From Bacilli bacterium (GTDB lineage: Bacteria > Bacillota_I > Bacilli_A > RF39 > UBA660): a stretch of 64,000 bases of DNA. Below the pieces are notes generated by a model, which searched no databases, was not told the origin of the DNA, and was given only the letters and a program-made list of their open reading frames with translations. This document shows, piece after piece, positions 8,182 through 18,647 of the stretch; the first letter of the stretch is position 1, and every line of letters begins with the position of its first letter. Location of the stretch: assembly GCA_017472015.1 (NCBI GenBank), contig JAFURC010000049.1, forward strand, positions 22,220-86,219, written 5' to 3'. Both the position numbers and the translations under genes were made by a program.

Positions 8182-8928
8182 ATGCAACTTGAAATTCAAA
8201 ATTTAAGTGTATTAGTTGATAATAAAAAAATTCTTGATAATTTGAATTTAAAAATTAATAAGGGAGAAATTCATGCTATCATGGGACCAAATGGTGTAGG
8301 AAAATCAACTTTATCGAAAATAATCATGGGGTATCCAAATTATAATATCGAATCGGGAGATATTTTAGTTAATTCAAATTCAATTTTAAAACTAGAAATA
8401 AATGAACGTAGTAAATTAGGAATATTTTTGGTTTATCAAAATCCAATTAGTATTGAAGGTGTGTTAAACCGTGAACTAATAAAAGCTAGTTTAGATGCTA
8501 ATGATATAAGTTATAAAAGTTTCTATGAATATGTTTTAGAACTTGATAAAAATATTCAAAAATTAGATATGCAAAAAGATATGGCTCATAGGAGTTTTAA
8601 TGTTGGTTTTTCAGGTGGCGAGAAGAAAAAAAATGAAATTCTTCAACTTTTGATGTTAAAACCTAAATTCATTATCTTAGATGAACTTGATTCCGGACTT
8701 GATGTCGATAGTTTAAAAGTAGTTTGTGATGCTATAAATGATTATTTAAAAGAAAATCCAACTACTAGTGTTTTAATAATAACTCATTATACAAGAATAC
8801 TTGAATATATAAAACCAAATTATGTTCATGTTTTAAAAGATGGAAATATTATTAAAAGTGGGGATTATAATCTTGCTAAATTAATTGAAAAAGATGGTTA
8901 TAATCAGTCATTTAGTGTAGGAGAATAA
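8182..8928 (+). CDS. sufC: Fe-S cluster assembly ATPase SufC
   Basis: GPNGVGKST Walker A, FSGGEKKKNE signature, ILDELDSGLD Walker B; suf context. Confidence 0.9.
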   Translation: MQLEIQNLSVLVDNKKILDNLNLKINKGEIHAIMGPNGVGKSTLSKIIMGYPNYNIESGDILVNSNSILKLEINERSKLGIFLVYQNPISIEGVLNRELIKASLDANDISYKSFYEYVLELDKNIQKLDMQKDMAHRSFNVGFSGGEKKKNEILQLLMLKPKFIILDELDSGLDVDSLKVVCDAINDYLKENPTTSVLIITHYTRILEYIKPNYVHVLKDGNIIKSGDYNLAKLIEKDGYNQSFSVGE

Positions 8929-8935
8929 TTGAATC

Positions 8936-9634
8936 ATGAATAAAATATTTATAGATACTAAAAATTATAATTTAAATATCGAAAATAATTTAGTATACGA
9001 AATTCATATTCAAAATGATACTGATATTACTATCTCGGTTTTAGAAAATATTAATTCCAAAATAAATTTATTCATTAAAAATAGTCAAGTTAAAATAACT
9101 ATTAATAATTTAGAAAATAGTGATTTAATTGTTAATCAATTAGCTATTAATTCAAGTATATCTTTAAATATTAATTTAAAGTTACATAGTAAAATAAGAT
9201 ATAATAATAGTATATTAACAAATATTGATTCCATTAATGATATTACGATTAATCACTTAGAAAGTAATAGTGAAGCTAATATCTTTGCAAATGGAATTAA
9301 TTTAAGTGATAATAAATTCTTCTTTATAATAGATGGAATAGTTAATAAAGATAGTTTAAATGTAGTACTTGATGAAAAGAGTAAAATTATTAATATTGGG
9401 GAAGGGAATAGTAAAATTATTCCTAATTTAATAGTTAATAATCAAGATGTTGTTGCTAATCATTCAGCATTTATTGGTAAATTTAATGATGAAGAAATTA
9501 ATTATTTAAAATCTCGAGGAATAAGTGATAAAACTGCTAAAAAATTATTGTTAATATCACTTTTACTTGGTAATATGGTAGATACCAGTTATTTAGAATT
9601 TAGAAATTTTATTGATAACAATATAATAATATAG
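8936..9634 (+). CDS. Short SufB/SufD-family Fe-S assembly protein (232 aa)
   Basis: C-terminal NHSAFIGKFNDEEINYLKSRGISDKTAKKLL matches the SufB/D C-terminal pattern; lies between sufC and sufS. Confidence 0.6.
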   Translation: MNKIFIDTKNYNLNIENNLVYEIHIQNDTDITISVLENINSKINLFIKNSQVKITINNLENSDLIVNQLAINSSISLNINLKLHSKIRYNNSILTNIDSINDITINHLESNSEANIFANGINLSDNKFFFIIDGIVNKDSLNVVLDEKSKIINIGEGNSKIIPNLIVNNQDVVANHSAFIGKFNDEEINYLKSRGISDKTAKKLLLISLLLGNMVDTSYLEFRNFIDNNIII

Positions 9635-9649
9635 AAAGGGGGAGTTTTT

Positions 9650-10846
9650 GTGAATCGTGAAGATTTTGAAATGCTTGATAGTGATTTAATTTATTTTGAT
9701 AATGGTGCAACTACTTTTAAACCTAATTTGGTAATTGATAAAATAGTTGATTATTATACAAAGTATACAGCCAATGCTCATCGAGGAGACTATGACATAA
9801 GTCAAAAAGTTGACTATGAATATGAGGAAACCCGTGAAGTTGTAAGAAAATTTATAAATGCTAGTAGTTCAAAAGAAATAGTTTTTACAAAAGGAACAAC
9901 AGAAAGCATGAATATGATAGTATTTTCTTTCATGCGATATTATTTAAAAAAAGGTGATGAAGTATTAATTACCAAAGCTGAGCATGCAAGTAATGTTCTA
10001 CCTTGGTTTGAACTTGAAAAAGAAATTGGTATTAAAGTTAAATTTATTCCTTTAACAGATGATTATAAAGTAACTCTTGATAATTTAAAAAAGGTTTTAA
10101 CTAAAAAAACTAAAGTTGTTTCTCTTGCATATATAACAAATGTAATTGGAGATATAAGACCAATTAAAGAAATATCTGAGTTTATTCACAAGCATAATAT
10201 TTTATTATGTGTTGATGGTGCTCAAAGTGTTCCGCATATAAAAACTGATGTTACACTTGATGATATCGATTTCTTAGCATTTTCATCTCATAAAATGTTA
10301 GGACCAACAGGAGTTGGAGTTTTATATGCTAAAAAGAAATATTTAGAAGTTATGCGTCCATTTAATTATGGTGGGGGAATGAACCAAAGATTTGAAAGTA
10401 CTAAGGAACTAGAATATAAAGAAGTTCCTTTAAGATTAGAAGCAGGAACTCAAAATATTGCTGGAGTTTTAGGACTTAAAGAAGCGATTCTTTATTTAGA
10501 AAAAGTAGGAATTGAAAAAATTCATGAACACGAAATGAATTTACGAAAATACTTAATTGAAAGACTAAAAGAAGTCGATAACATTACAGTTTATAATGAA
10601 TCTAGCGAATCCGGAATAGTTATATTTAATATAGATAAAATATTTGCAGAAGATACATCAAGATATTTAAATCATTATCATATATGTGTTCGTGCTGGTA
10701 ATCATTGTACTAAAATGGTTAAAGATGAATTAGGTGTTAAAAATACATGTCGTATTAGTTTATATTTATATAATACCAAAGAAGAAATAGATAAATTAAT
10801 TGAAGTTTTAAAAAATAGTAAAGACATATATAATATTATTTTATAA
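9650..10846 (+). CDS. sufS: Cysteine desulfurase SufS
   Basis: SSHKMLGPTGVGVLY (PLP lysine) and RAGNHC (active-site Cys). Confidence 0.9.
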   Translation: MNREDFEMLDSDLIYFDNGATTFKPNLVIDKIVDYYTKYTANAHRGDYDISQKVDYEYEETREVVRKFINASSSKEIVFTKGTTESMNMIVFSFMRYYLKKGDEVLITKAEHASNVLPWFELEKEIGIKVKFIPLTDDYKVTLDNLKKVLTKKTKVVSLAYITNVIGDIRPIKEISEFIHKHNILLCVDGAQSVPHIKTDVTLDDIDFLAFSSHKMLGPTGVGVLYAKKKYLEVMRPFNYGGGMNQRFESTKELEYKEVPLRLEAGTQNIAGVLGLKEAILYLEKVGIEKIHEHEMNLRKYLIERLKEVDNITVYNESSESGIVIFNIDKIFAEDTSRYLNHYHICVRAGNHCTKMVKDELGVKNTCRISLYLYNTKEEIDKLIEVLKNSKDIYNIIL

Positions 10847-10908
10847 AATTATTTGTATAGATTATCTATACAAATTTTTGTAATAATTAAAATAGAAATC
10901 GAGGTAAT

Positions 10909-11340
10909 ATGGATAATAATTTAAAAAGAGAATTAATAATAGATAATTTTGAAAATCCTTTTCATAAAGAAGTTAAAGAAAGTCAAGAATTTATAAAAGC
11001 CAATACACATAATGAATCATGTATTGATAATATTGACTTATATGTTAAAATAAATGATGATATTATAGTGGATGCTTATTTTGATGGAGAGGCTTGTGCA
11101 ATTACAACTAGTGCGACTAGTATTATGCTAAAAAATATTATTGGAAAAAGTATAAATGAAGCAAGAGAATTAATGACAGAATACTACCATATGATTGAAG
11201 AAGAGAATTACAAAGAAGAAATGCTTGGAGAACTTAATGCATATAATGATATAGCAAAGCAAGCAAGTCGGAAAAAATGTGCAACTTTGCCATTTCAAAC
11301 GCTTGAAAAAACAATTAAAATTTATGAAGAAAGTAGGTAA
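10909..11340 (+). CDS. sufU: SufU/IscU-like sulfur-transfer protein
   Basis: NPFHK..., CIDNIDLY, GEACAITTSATS, KCATLPF. Confidence 0.85.
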   Translation: MDNNLKRELIIDNFENPFHKEVKESQEFIKANTHNESCIDNIDLYVKINDDIIVDAYFDGEACAITTSATSIMLKNIIGKSINEARELMTEYYHMIEEENYKEEMLGELNAYNDIAKQASRKKCATLPFQTLEKTIKIYEESR

Positions 11341-11342
11341 TT

Positions 11343-12002
11343 ATGAAAACAAGTGAATTATTTAAACTAGGTGAGTCAATTGCTCATCAATATATAAAAA
11401 AATATGAATATCCTTATCTTGTTTTACCACATATAAAAGATATTATTTTAGAAATTGGTAAAAATTTAGATGATGATTATTACTTATTAAAAGAAAATAT
11501 ATGGGTACATAAAAGTGTTAAAATAGACGCGTCAGCAGTTATTAATGCGCCTTGTATAATTGATGAAGGAACAGAAATTCGTCCGTCAGCATATATCCGT
11601 GGAAATGCTATCATTGGTAAAAACTGTGTCTTTGGAAATTCTTGTGAAATTAAAAATGCTATTTTGTATGATAATGTTCAAGTTCCGCATTTTAACTATG
11701 TAGGAGATTCTATTTTAGGAAATTATTCTCATATGGGAGCTGGAAGCATTACATCAAATGTTAAAAGTGATAAAACTTTAGTGGTTATTAAAAATGGCGA
11801 GGAAAAAATAGAAACTAATTTAAAAAAAGTTGGAGCCTTTTTAGGCGACTATGTTGAAGTAGGATGCAACAGTGTTTTAACACCTGGTACAATTGTTATG
11901 AGAAATTCAAATATTTATCCTCTTACAATGGTTCGCGGAGTAATACCTGAAAATTCAATTGTTAAAAGTATGGATAAAATTGTTAAGAAGGAGAATCTAT
12001 GA
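11343..12002 (+). CDS. Left-handed beta-helix (hexapeptide) acyltransferase, GlmU C-terminal-domain-like
   Basis: Hexapeptide repeats (IGKNCVFGNSCEIKNAILYDNVQV...); ATGA overlap with glmM. Confidence 0.6.
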   Translation: MKTSELFKLGESIAHQYIKKYEYPYLVLPHIKDIILEIGKNLDDDYYLLKENIWVHKSVKIDASAVINAPCIIDEGTEIRPSAYIRGNAIIGKNCVFGNSCEIKNAILYDNVQVPHFNYVGDSILGNYSHMGAGSITSNVKSDKTLVVIKNGEEKIETNLKKVGAFLGDYVEVGCNSVLTPGTIVMRNSNIYPLTMVRGVIPENSIVKSMDKIVKKENL

Positions 12003-13324
12003 AAAAATTATTTGGAACTGATGGAGTAAGGGGCTTGGTTAATCAAGAATTGGATAGTTTACTAGCTTTAAAACTTGGAAGCAGTGTAGCAAGAATTTTA
12101 AAAAATAAATTACAAAAAGAAAAACTAACTTTTCTAGTTGGAAGTGATACTAGGATATCTAAAGATATGTTAAGCAATGCTTTAATAGCAGGATTTGTAA
12201 GTGAAGGTGACGATATTATTAATTTAGGAGTAATACCAACTCCAGCAATTGCTTATTTAATCAAAAAATACCAAGCTGATGGTGGATTTGTAATTTCTGC
12301 AAGTCATAATCCAAGCGAATATAATGGTATCAAAGTATTTGATAAAAATGGTTTAAAACTACCTGATGAAATTGAATCGGAAGTCGAAGAATTAATTTTA
12401 AATAATTATGAAACTAATAAAACTATTAATCAGGTAGGACAAATTTATTATAAAGATGGAATAAGTGACTATGTAAACTTTTTAAAAAGTACTATTAATG
12501 TTACCAAAATTCCTTTTAAAGTTTGTATTGATACCAGCAATGGAGCATCTTATGAAACTGCTAAACGTTTATTTTCTGAACTGGATATTGACTATACAAT
12601 CATTAATAATGAACCAGATGGCTATAACATTAATAAAAATTGTGGTTCAACCCATATGGAAGGTTTAAAAAACTATGTAGTAGAGAACAAATATGATTTA
12701 GGAATTGCTTTTGATGGAGATTGTGATCGTTGCTTATTTGTTGATGAAAATGGTGAAATTGTTGATGGTGATTATATCTTAGCAATATGCGCTAAATATT
12801 TAAATTTAGATAGTATTGTAGGAACAGTTATGTCAAATCTTGGCTTAATTAAATATTGTGAGGAAGAGAACATTAATTTTATATCAACTAAAGTAGGAGA
12901 TCGTTATGTACTTCTTGAAATGCTTAAGAATAACTACTTAATCGGGGGAGAACAAAGTGGACATATCATCTTCAAAAAATATTTAAGTACTGGTGATGGA
13001 GAATTAACCGCTTTACAAATATTAAATATCATGACTTTAGAAAATCAAAAATTATCTAGTTTAAAAAGTATCATGAAAAAATATCCTCAAGTATTAGTAA
13101 ATTTAAATGTAACTAGGGAACAAAAAGAAAACTTTGAATCAATTAAAGAAATTCAAGATAAAATTTTGGAATATGAAACTAAATTAAATGGAAATGGACG
13201 AATCGTTGTTCGTAAAAGTGGAACCGAAAATTTAATTAGAATTATGTTTGAAGGTGAAAACTTAGAAACAATTACTAATTATTCAAACGAACTAGCCGAA
13301 TATATAAAAAATATTTTAAATTAA
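11999..13324 (+). CDS. glmM: Phosphoglucosamine mutase
   Basis: FGTDGVRG, SASHNPSEYNGIK active-site Ser, FDGDCDR, GGEQSGH. Confidence 0.95.
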   Translation: MKKLFGTDGVRGLVNQELDSLLALKLGSSVARILKNKLQKEKLTFLVGSDTRISKDMLSNALIAGFVSEGDDIINLGVIPTPAIAYLIKKYQADGGFVISASHNPSEYNGIKVFDKNGLKLPDEIESEVEELILNNYETNKTINQVGQIYYKDGISDYVNFLKSTINVTKIPFKVCIDTSNGASYETAKRLFSELDIDYTIINNEPDGYNINKNCGSTHMEGLKNYVVENKYDLGIAFDGDCDRCLFVDENGEIVDGDYILAICAKYLNLDSIVGTVMSNLGLIKYCEEENINFISTKVGDRYVLLEMLKNNYLIGGEQSGHIIFKKYLSTGDGELTALQILNIMTLENQKLSSLKSIMKKYPQVLVNLNVTREQKENFESIKEIQDKILEYETKLNGNGRIVVRKSGTENLIRIMFEGENLETITNYSNELAEYIKNILN

Positions 13325-13347
13325 GGGAAGAATACTTCCTTTTTTTC
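13325..13347 (+). terminator. Weak intrinsic terminator after glmM
   Basis: GGAAG/CTTCC stem, loop AATA, T7. Confidence 0.45.
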
Positions 13348-13423
13348 TTAAATTTAGATTAATTAAGATAGTTGCAGAATCATAAAATTTATTGTATAAT
13401 ACAGATATCGTAGTGGAGGAAAT

Positions 13424-13918
13424 ATGAAATTTATAAAGAAAAATAAATTTACAATAATTGCTATTATATTTTTTATGGCTTTAGTAGTTTTAGGTGTTCA
13501 AGTTAAAAACTTATTAGTGCCCGATGAAGGAAAAGCTTCGTATGGAGATAGACTAGAAGGTATAGAAAATCATAAACTGGCAAGTGATCTATTAGGAAAT
13601 ATTGCTTCTAAATTAAAAGAAAATGAAAGAGTATTAGAGGTTACTAATAAAGTACATGGAAAAATTATTAATTTCATGATTACAGTAAATTCTGATATGA
13701 ATGTATCAGATGCGAAAGTAATTGCCAATAGTATTATTCCAATGTTTGAAAATAATGAATTATCCTACTACTCACTTCAAGTTTATGTTTTAAAAGAAGA
13801 TGAGGCTTTAAATAATTTTCCAATTATAGGTTATAAAGGAATAGAAGCAAGTGAATTAATATTTACAAAAGATCGCGAAATAACGATTCAGGAAGAGGCT
13901 GGTTCAAATGAAGAGTAA
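13424..13918 (+). CDS. Membrane-anchored hypothetical protein
   Basis: GGAGG RBS; one N-terminal TM segment. Confidence 0.6.
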   Translation: MKFIKKNKFTIIAIIFFMALVVLGVQVKNLLVPDEGKASYGDRLEGIENHKLASDLLGNIASKLKENERVLEVTNKVHGKIINFMITVNSDMNVSDAKVIANSIIPMFENNELSYYSLQVYVLKEDEALNNFPIIGYKGIEASELIFTKDREITIQEEAGSNEE

Positions 13919-15959
13919 TAAAAAATTTATATTTACAATTATTGCAATTGCTGTTTTAGTATTCATTGCACTATTCTTTATCTATTATTATCGTGAATCA
14001 AGTTTACTAACTTCTAATGATAAAAAATGGCTTAGTGAAAATGGTAAAAAAATAGTAGATATTGAAGTATTCAATGATGTTGCCGTTTATGGAATGAATG
14101 GAAATGGAGTAATTTTTAATTTCTTAGATTACATATCAAAAGAAACTGAATTAAAGTTCAATAAAATACCTTATCAAAAAGAAGAAGGAACCAAAACAAA
14201 TAGTTATAAAATTGAAATATTAGATGGAAGTGCAAGTATATCATCAAATCAATTATTCTTATTTCAAGATACCTATGTAGCTGTTGCAAAAAAGAATAAT
14301 CGAATTAACAAAATAACTGATTTTTCAGGAAATACAATTGGAGTTTTAGGAAGTGAAGAATCTAACATAAGTTACTATTTAAAAAGTGCTAAAGATATTA
14401 CCTATAATCCTTATGTATCATATGAAACATTATTCCAAGCCCTTGATAATAATGAAGTAAATATGATAATTGTTCCAAACATTTTATCACTTGAAAGAAC
14501 TATTAGTAATGATAATTATTACCTAAATTATTTCTTTACCGATATAACGAAAAATATTGTTTTAACACTTGATAGTGAAAATAAAGAACTAAATAATATT
14601 ATTACCAAATATTTTAATAACTGGTTAAACGAATATTATGTAACTGATTACAACAAATTACTTTTAGATTATTATGTTGATAAACGTGATATAAACGACA
14701 AAACAAGAACCGATTTACTTAGTAAAACCTATGTTTATGGTTATGTTGAAAATGCCCCATATGAAATAACGAAAGGTTCAAAACTTTTAGGAATAGCTGC
14801 AGAATACATTAACCGAGTAGTTCGTCTTACTGATATTGATTTCACATATAAAAAATATAAATCCCTTGATGAATTAAATGAAGCAATTGATAAAGGAGAA
14901 GTAGATATTTACTTTGACTATATTAAGAATCCAAATAATAAATATTTAAAAACAACTTCAACTTTCATTGAAAATTATGTTGTTCTAGGAAGAGTAGAAG
15001 ATGATTTTATTGTTTCCTCATTTGAAGGATTAAAAGGAAAAAACGTTTATTTACTAAACAACAATAAATATTTATCTGAATTTATTAAGTCAGGTGCCAT
15101 GGCTAATATTAAAAATTGTTTTAGTATAAAAGAATTAGTCGAAACTGCTTCTAAAAATTCGGGTTTAATAATTGTTGATAGAGAAGTATACTCATATTAC
15201 CGAAATGATGAATTAAAAGATTATGAAATAGTATATTCTGATATTATGACTAATGACTATTCATTTATGATTAAAAGTGACAATGAATCATTCTATAGTT
15301 TATTCAACTATGTAATTAATACTAATTCATATTATAAATACCGAAATAGTGGATTTAATAATCTAAATTTATCAATATTTGAAACATCTAGTTTTGAAGA
15401 AGTATATTTACTAGTTTTAGCAATTATTTTAATACCATTTTTCCTACTTATCATAATTATAATTGTTCTTAAAAATCGTCATAAATTAAAATTAGTCAAA
15501 AAAGAAGATCGTAAAAAATATACCGATATGTTAACATCTTTAAAAAACAGAAATTACTTAAACTTACAAATAGATTCTTGGAATTTAAGTAAAGTATATC
15601 CGCAAACTTTAGTAGTTGTTGATTTAAATAACTTAAAATATATAAATGATAACTACGGAAGAGAAAAAGGCGATAGTTTAATAGTTAAAGCCGCTAGTAT
15701 TTTAGTAAATACCCAACTTGAAAACACTGAAATTATAAGAACTGATGGAACTGAATTTATAATTTACTTAGTTGGTTATAGTGAAGATCAAATAGCCGTT
15801 TACTTAAAGAAATTAAAAAAAGAATTACACGAACTTCCTTATGGATTTGGAGCAAGTGTTGGTTCAAGTATGATATTTGATAATATAAAAACAATCGATG
15901 ATGCCATTAATGAAGCCATGATCGATATGCAAAGTGATAAAGAAAGTTATCGCTTATGA
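13908..15959 (+). CDS. Membrane sensor: two extracytoplasmic solute-binding-like regions, a TM segment, and a degenerate GGDEF domain
   Basis: C-terminal DLNNLKYINDNYGREKGDSLI...RTDGTEFIIYL (DGTEF in place of GGDEF); TM segment LVLAIILIPFFLLIIIIIVL. Confidence 0.6.
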   Translation: MKSNKKFIFTIIAIAVLVFIALFFIYYYRESSLLTSNDKKWLSENGKKIVDIEVFNDVAVYGMNGNGVIFNFLDYISKETELKFNKIPYQKEEGTKTNSYKIEILDGSASISSNQLFLFQDTYVAVAKKNNRINKITDFSGNTIGVLGSEESNISYYLKSAKDITYNPYVSYETLFQALDNNEVNMIIVPNILSLERTISNDNYYLNYFFTDITKNIVLTLDSENKELNNIITKYFNNWLNEYYVTDYNKLLLDYYVDKRDINDKTRTDLLSKTYVYGYVENAPYEITKGSKLLGIAAEYINRVVRLTDIDFTYKKYKSLDELNEAIDKGEVDIYFDYIKNPNNKYLKTTSTFIENYVVLGRVEDDFIVSSFEGLKGKNVYLLNNNKYLSEFIKSGAMANIKNCFSIKELVETASKNSGLIIVDREVYSYYRNDELKDYEIVYSDIMTNDYSFMIKSDNESFYSLFNYVINTNSYYKYRNSGFNNLNLSIFETSSFEEVYLLVLAIILIPFFLLIIIIIVLKNRHKLKLVKKEDRKKYTDMLTSLKNRNYLNLQIDSWNLSKVYPQTLVVVDLNNLKYINDNYGREKGDSLIVKAASILVNTQLENTEIIRTDGTEFIIYLVGYSEDQIAVYLKKLKKELHELPYGFGASVGSSMIFDNIKTIDDAINEAMIDMQSDKESYRL

Positions 15960-16780
15960 AAAGAAAAATAAAGTCCTATTTAAAAAGAATTTATAAATTA
16001 ATCAACTTACAAGAAATGAAAATATTACCAGGACATTTAGCCTTTAATATTGTTATGATGATTGTGCCAATTTTCTCCATAATTGGAGTTTTAGGTTCAA
16101 GTATTGATATAAAAAACTTATTAGATAGTTTACAATATAATGTACCTGATGCCGTTTTAACCATTATTGAGTCAGCATTGAATATAAGTTCAAATGAATT
16201 TAATTTAATTTTATTCGTAATCTTTGGATTATGGCTAGTATCAGGTGGGTGTCGAGCAATCATCACTTCAAGTGATATATTATATAAAGTAAAAGACAAA
16301 TCGACAATAAAAAAATATCTAAAATCATTTTTAATGGTAATTATTTTATTTCTTTTAATTGGTTTCATTATTATAGTACCAGTTTTAGGAGACTTGATAA
16401 TAAACTTTTTAAATAAATACATAAAAGCCGTAGGACTTATGAATTTAATAAGTAATATCTATCATTTATTAAAGTATCCAATTACAATTATTCTAATGTT
16501 TTTCTTAATTAAAGTTTTATATACCTTAGCACCTAGTATAAATGTAAAAAGCAACTTCATGACACCAGGTGCTTGGTTTACTACTATATCTTGGTTTATT
16601 CTAACAAGAATTTACTCATTTCATTTAAATAATTACAGCAACTACAATCTTTACTATGGTAGTTTATCAAATATTTTAATTTTACTAGTCTGGGTATATT
16701 TACTTGCTTATCTATTTACAATTGGACTTGCCTTAAATGCTGATAATTATTTAATATCCTTAAAAGAAAATGATGATTAA
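15956..16780 (+). CDS. YihY/BrkB-family membrane protein
   Basis: Multi-TM protein; LPGHLAFNIVMMIVPIF N-terminal pattern; ATGA overlap with the upstream gene. Confidence 0.6.
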   Translation: MKRKIKSYLKRIYKLINLQEMKILPGHLAFNIVMMIVPIFSIIGVLGSSIDIKNLLDSLQYNVPDAVLTIIESALNISSNEFNLILFVIFGLWLVSGGCRAIITSSDILYKVKDKSTIKKYLKSFLMVIILFLLIGFIIIVPVLGDLIINFLNKYIKAVGLMNLISNIYHLLKYPITIILMFFLIKVLYTLAPSINVKSNFMTPGAWFTTISWFILTRIYSFHLNNYSNYNLYYGSLSNILILLVWVYLLAYLFTIGLALNADNYLISLKENDD

Positions 16781-16803
16781 ACTCTACTTCGGTGGAGTTT
16801 TTT
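16780..16803 (+). terminator. Intrinsic terminator
   Basis: AACTCTAC/GTGGAGTT stem (one G.U pair), loop TTCG, T-run. Confidence 0.65.
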
Positions 16804-16905
16804 GAATTAGAAATAAAATTGCCACATTTTTTTATATGCGAATATAATTGTCAAATTAGTAAATTTATGATATAGTATCAAAAGAGAAATGAGTGGTGAT
16901 ATATT

Positions 16906-18315
16906 ATGCAAATACCAAATTATGAAGCTGCTAAAGTTAGAAGTAAAAAGGAAGTATTAATTAGAAAATTTAATTTAGATAATAAATATTTAAATTTAGG
17001 ACTTAATAAGAAATTTTATCTTAAGACTTATGGTTGTCAAATGAATGAGCATGATAGTGAAAACTTAAAAGGATTATTACATGAAATGAATTTCGAGGAA
17101 GTTTTTGATATGGAACAAGCTGATTTTATTTTACTCAATACTTGTTCAATTAGAGAAAATGCTCACAACAAAGCCTTTGGAATGTTAGGTCGTATTAAGC
17201 ATTTAAAAGAATCTAAACCCGATTTAGTAGTTGCTCTTTGTGGTTGTATGGCTCAAGAAGTTGGTGTTATTGAAGAAATTAAAAAGAAATACCGCTTTGT
17301 AAACTTTGTTTTTGGTACGCATAATCTTGATGATTTACCAAAATTATTATACGAAAATTTAACTAATAAAAAATTAAATATTGAAGTTTATAGTATGGAA
17401 GGTGATATAGTTGAAGAATTACCAGTTAGTCGTGATAGTAAATATAAAGCCTATGTAAATATTATCTATGGATGTGATAAATTCTGTACTTATTGCATAG
17501 TTCCATATACAAGAGGAAAACAAAGAAGTAGAAAGAAAGAAGATATTTTAAAAGAAATAAAAAGTTTAGTTCATGAAGGATATCAAGAAGTGACATTACT
17601 TGGTCAAAATGTAAATGCCTATGGAAAAGATTTATATGATGACTATGAACTAGCTGATTTACTAGTTGAAGTTAGTGAAACTAAAATACCAAGAATTCGT
17701 TTTATAACTAGTCATCCATGGGATTTTTCTGATAAATTAATTGAAGTAATAAAAGAACATAAAAATATCTTAAATTATGTTCACTTACCAATTCAATCAG
17801 GAAGCAATCGTATTTTAAAACTAATGGGAAGACGCTATACAAAAGAATCATACAAAGAATTATATGATAAGTTAAGAAGTATTGAAAATATTAGTATTAC
17901 AACAGATATTATCGTTGGTTTTCCAGGGGAAACTGAAGAAGATTTTCTGGATACTTTAGATATGGTTAATTACTGTAAATATGATAGTGCTTTCACGTTT
18001 ATTTATTCACCTCGTGAAAACACTCCAGCAAGTAGACTAGAAGATAATACTCCTTTAAGTGTTAAAGAAGAAAGATTATATCGCTTAAATGACTTAGTAA
18101 ATAAATACTCAAAAGAATCAAATTTAAAAATGTTAAATAACATATATGAAGTCCTAGTAGAAGGAGAAAGCACTAAAGAAGGAATGTTATTTGGTTATAC
18201 TGAAACTAATAAATTAATTAACTTTAAAGCTCATAAAGAATTAATTGGTTCTATTGTTAAAGTAAAAATAATCGATGCTAAAAGTTTTAGTTTAGATGGT
18301 GAGTTAGTTGAATAA
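16906..18315 (+). CDS. miaB: tRNA-i6A37 methylthiotransferase MiaB
   Basis: KTYGCQMNEHDSE, radical-SAM motif CDKFCTYC, C-terminal TRAM region. Confidence 0.9.
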   Translation: MQIPNYEAAKVRSKKEVLIRKFNLDNKYLNLGLNKKFYLKTYGCQMNEHDSENLKGLLHEMNFEEVFDMEQADFILLNTCSIRENAHNKAFGMLGRIKHLKESKPDLVVALCGCMAQEVGVIEEIKKKYRFVNFVFGTHNLDDLPKLLYENLTNKKLNIEVYSMEGDIVEELPVSRDSKYKAYVNIIYGCDKFCTYCIVPYTRGKQRSRKKEDILKEIKSLVHEGYQEVTLLGQNVNAYGKDLYDDYELADLLVEVSETKIPRIRFITSHPWDFSDKLIEVIKEHKNILNYVHLPIQSGSNRILKLMGRRYTKESYKELYDKLRSIENISITTDIIVGFPGETEEDFLDTLDMVNYCKYDSAFTFIYSPRENTPASRLEDNTPLSVKEERLYRLNDLVNKYSKESNLKMLNNIYEVLVEGESTKEGMLFGYTETNKLINFKAHKELIGSIVKVKIIDAKSFSLDGELVE

Positions 18316-18640
18316 TAAGGAAATTCAAAATAAAGTTTTAGAAATTGTTGATTATATTAAAGAAACAGATACTTACAAAAATTATTTAAAATCTAAAGAT
18401 TTATTAAGTAATGATAAAGAAATAACTTCTTTAATAGAAAAAATAAAAGATTATCAAAAAGAAATTGTTAAATATCCAAATAAAAAAGACGAACTAGAAA
18501 TTAAAATAAATAATATTTTCGATATTTTAAATAATAATCCAACTTATCTTGAATATTTAGAATATCAAGATGAATTAAATAATATGTTAACAATTTTTGA
18601 AAATAAAATTAATAAATACTTTTATGATGTATTTAATTAG
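18308..18640 (+). CDS. ymcA: YlbF/YmcA-family regulator
   Basis: Helical pattern ETDTYKNYLKSKDLL...; directly follows miaB as in Bacillus (ymcB-ymcA). Confidence 0.5.
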   Translation: MNNKEIQNKVLEIVDYIKETDTYKNYLKSKDLLSNDKEITSLIEKIKDYQKEIVKYPNKKDELEIKINNIFDILNNNPTYLEYLEYQDELNNMLTIFENKINKYFYDVFN

Positions 18641-18647
18641 GTGGTTT

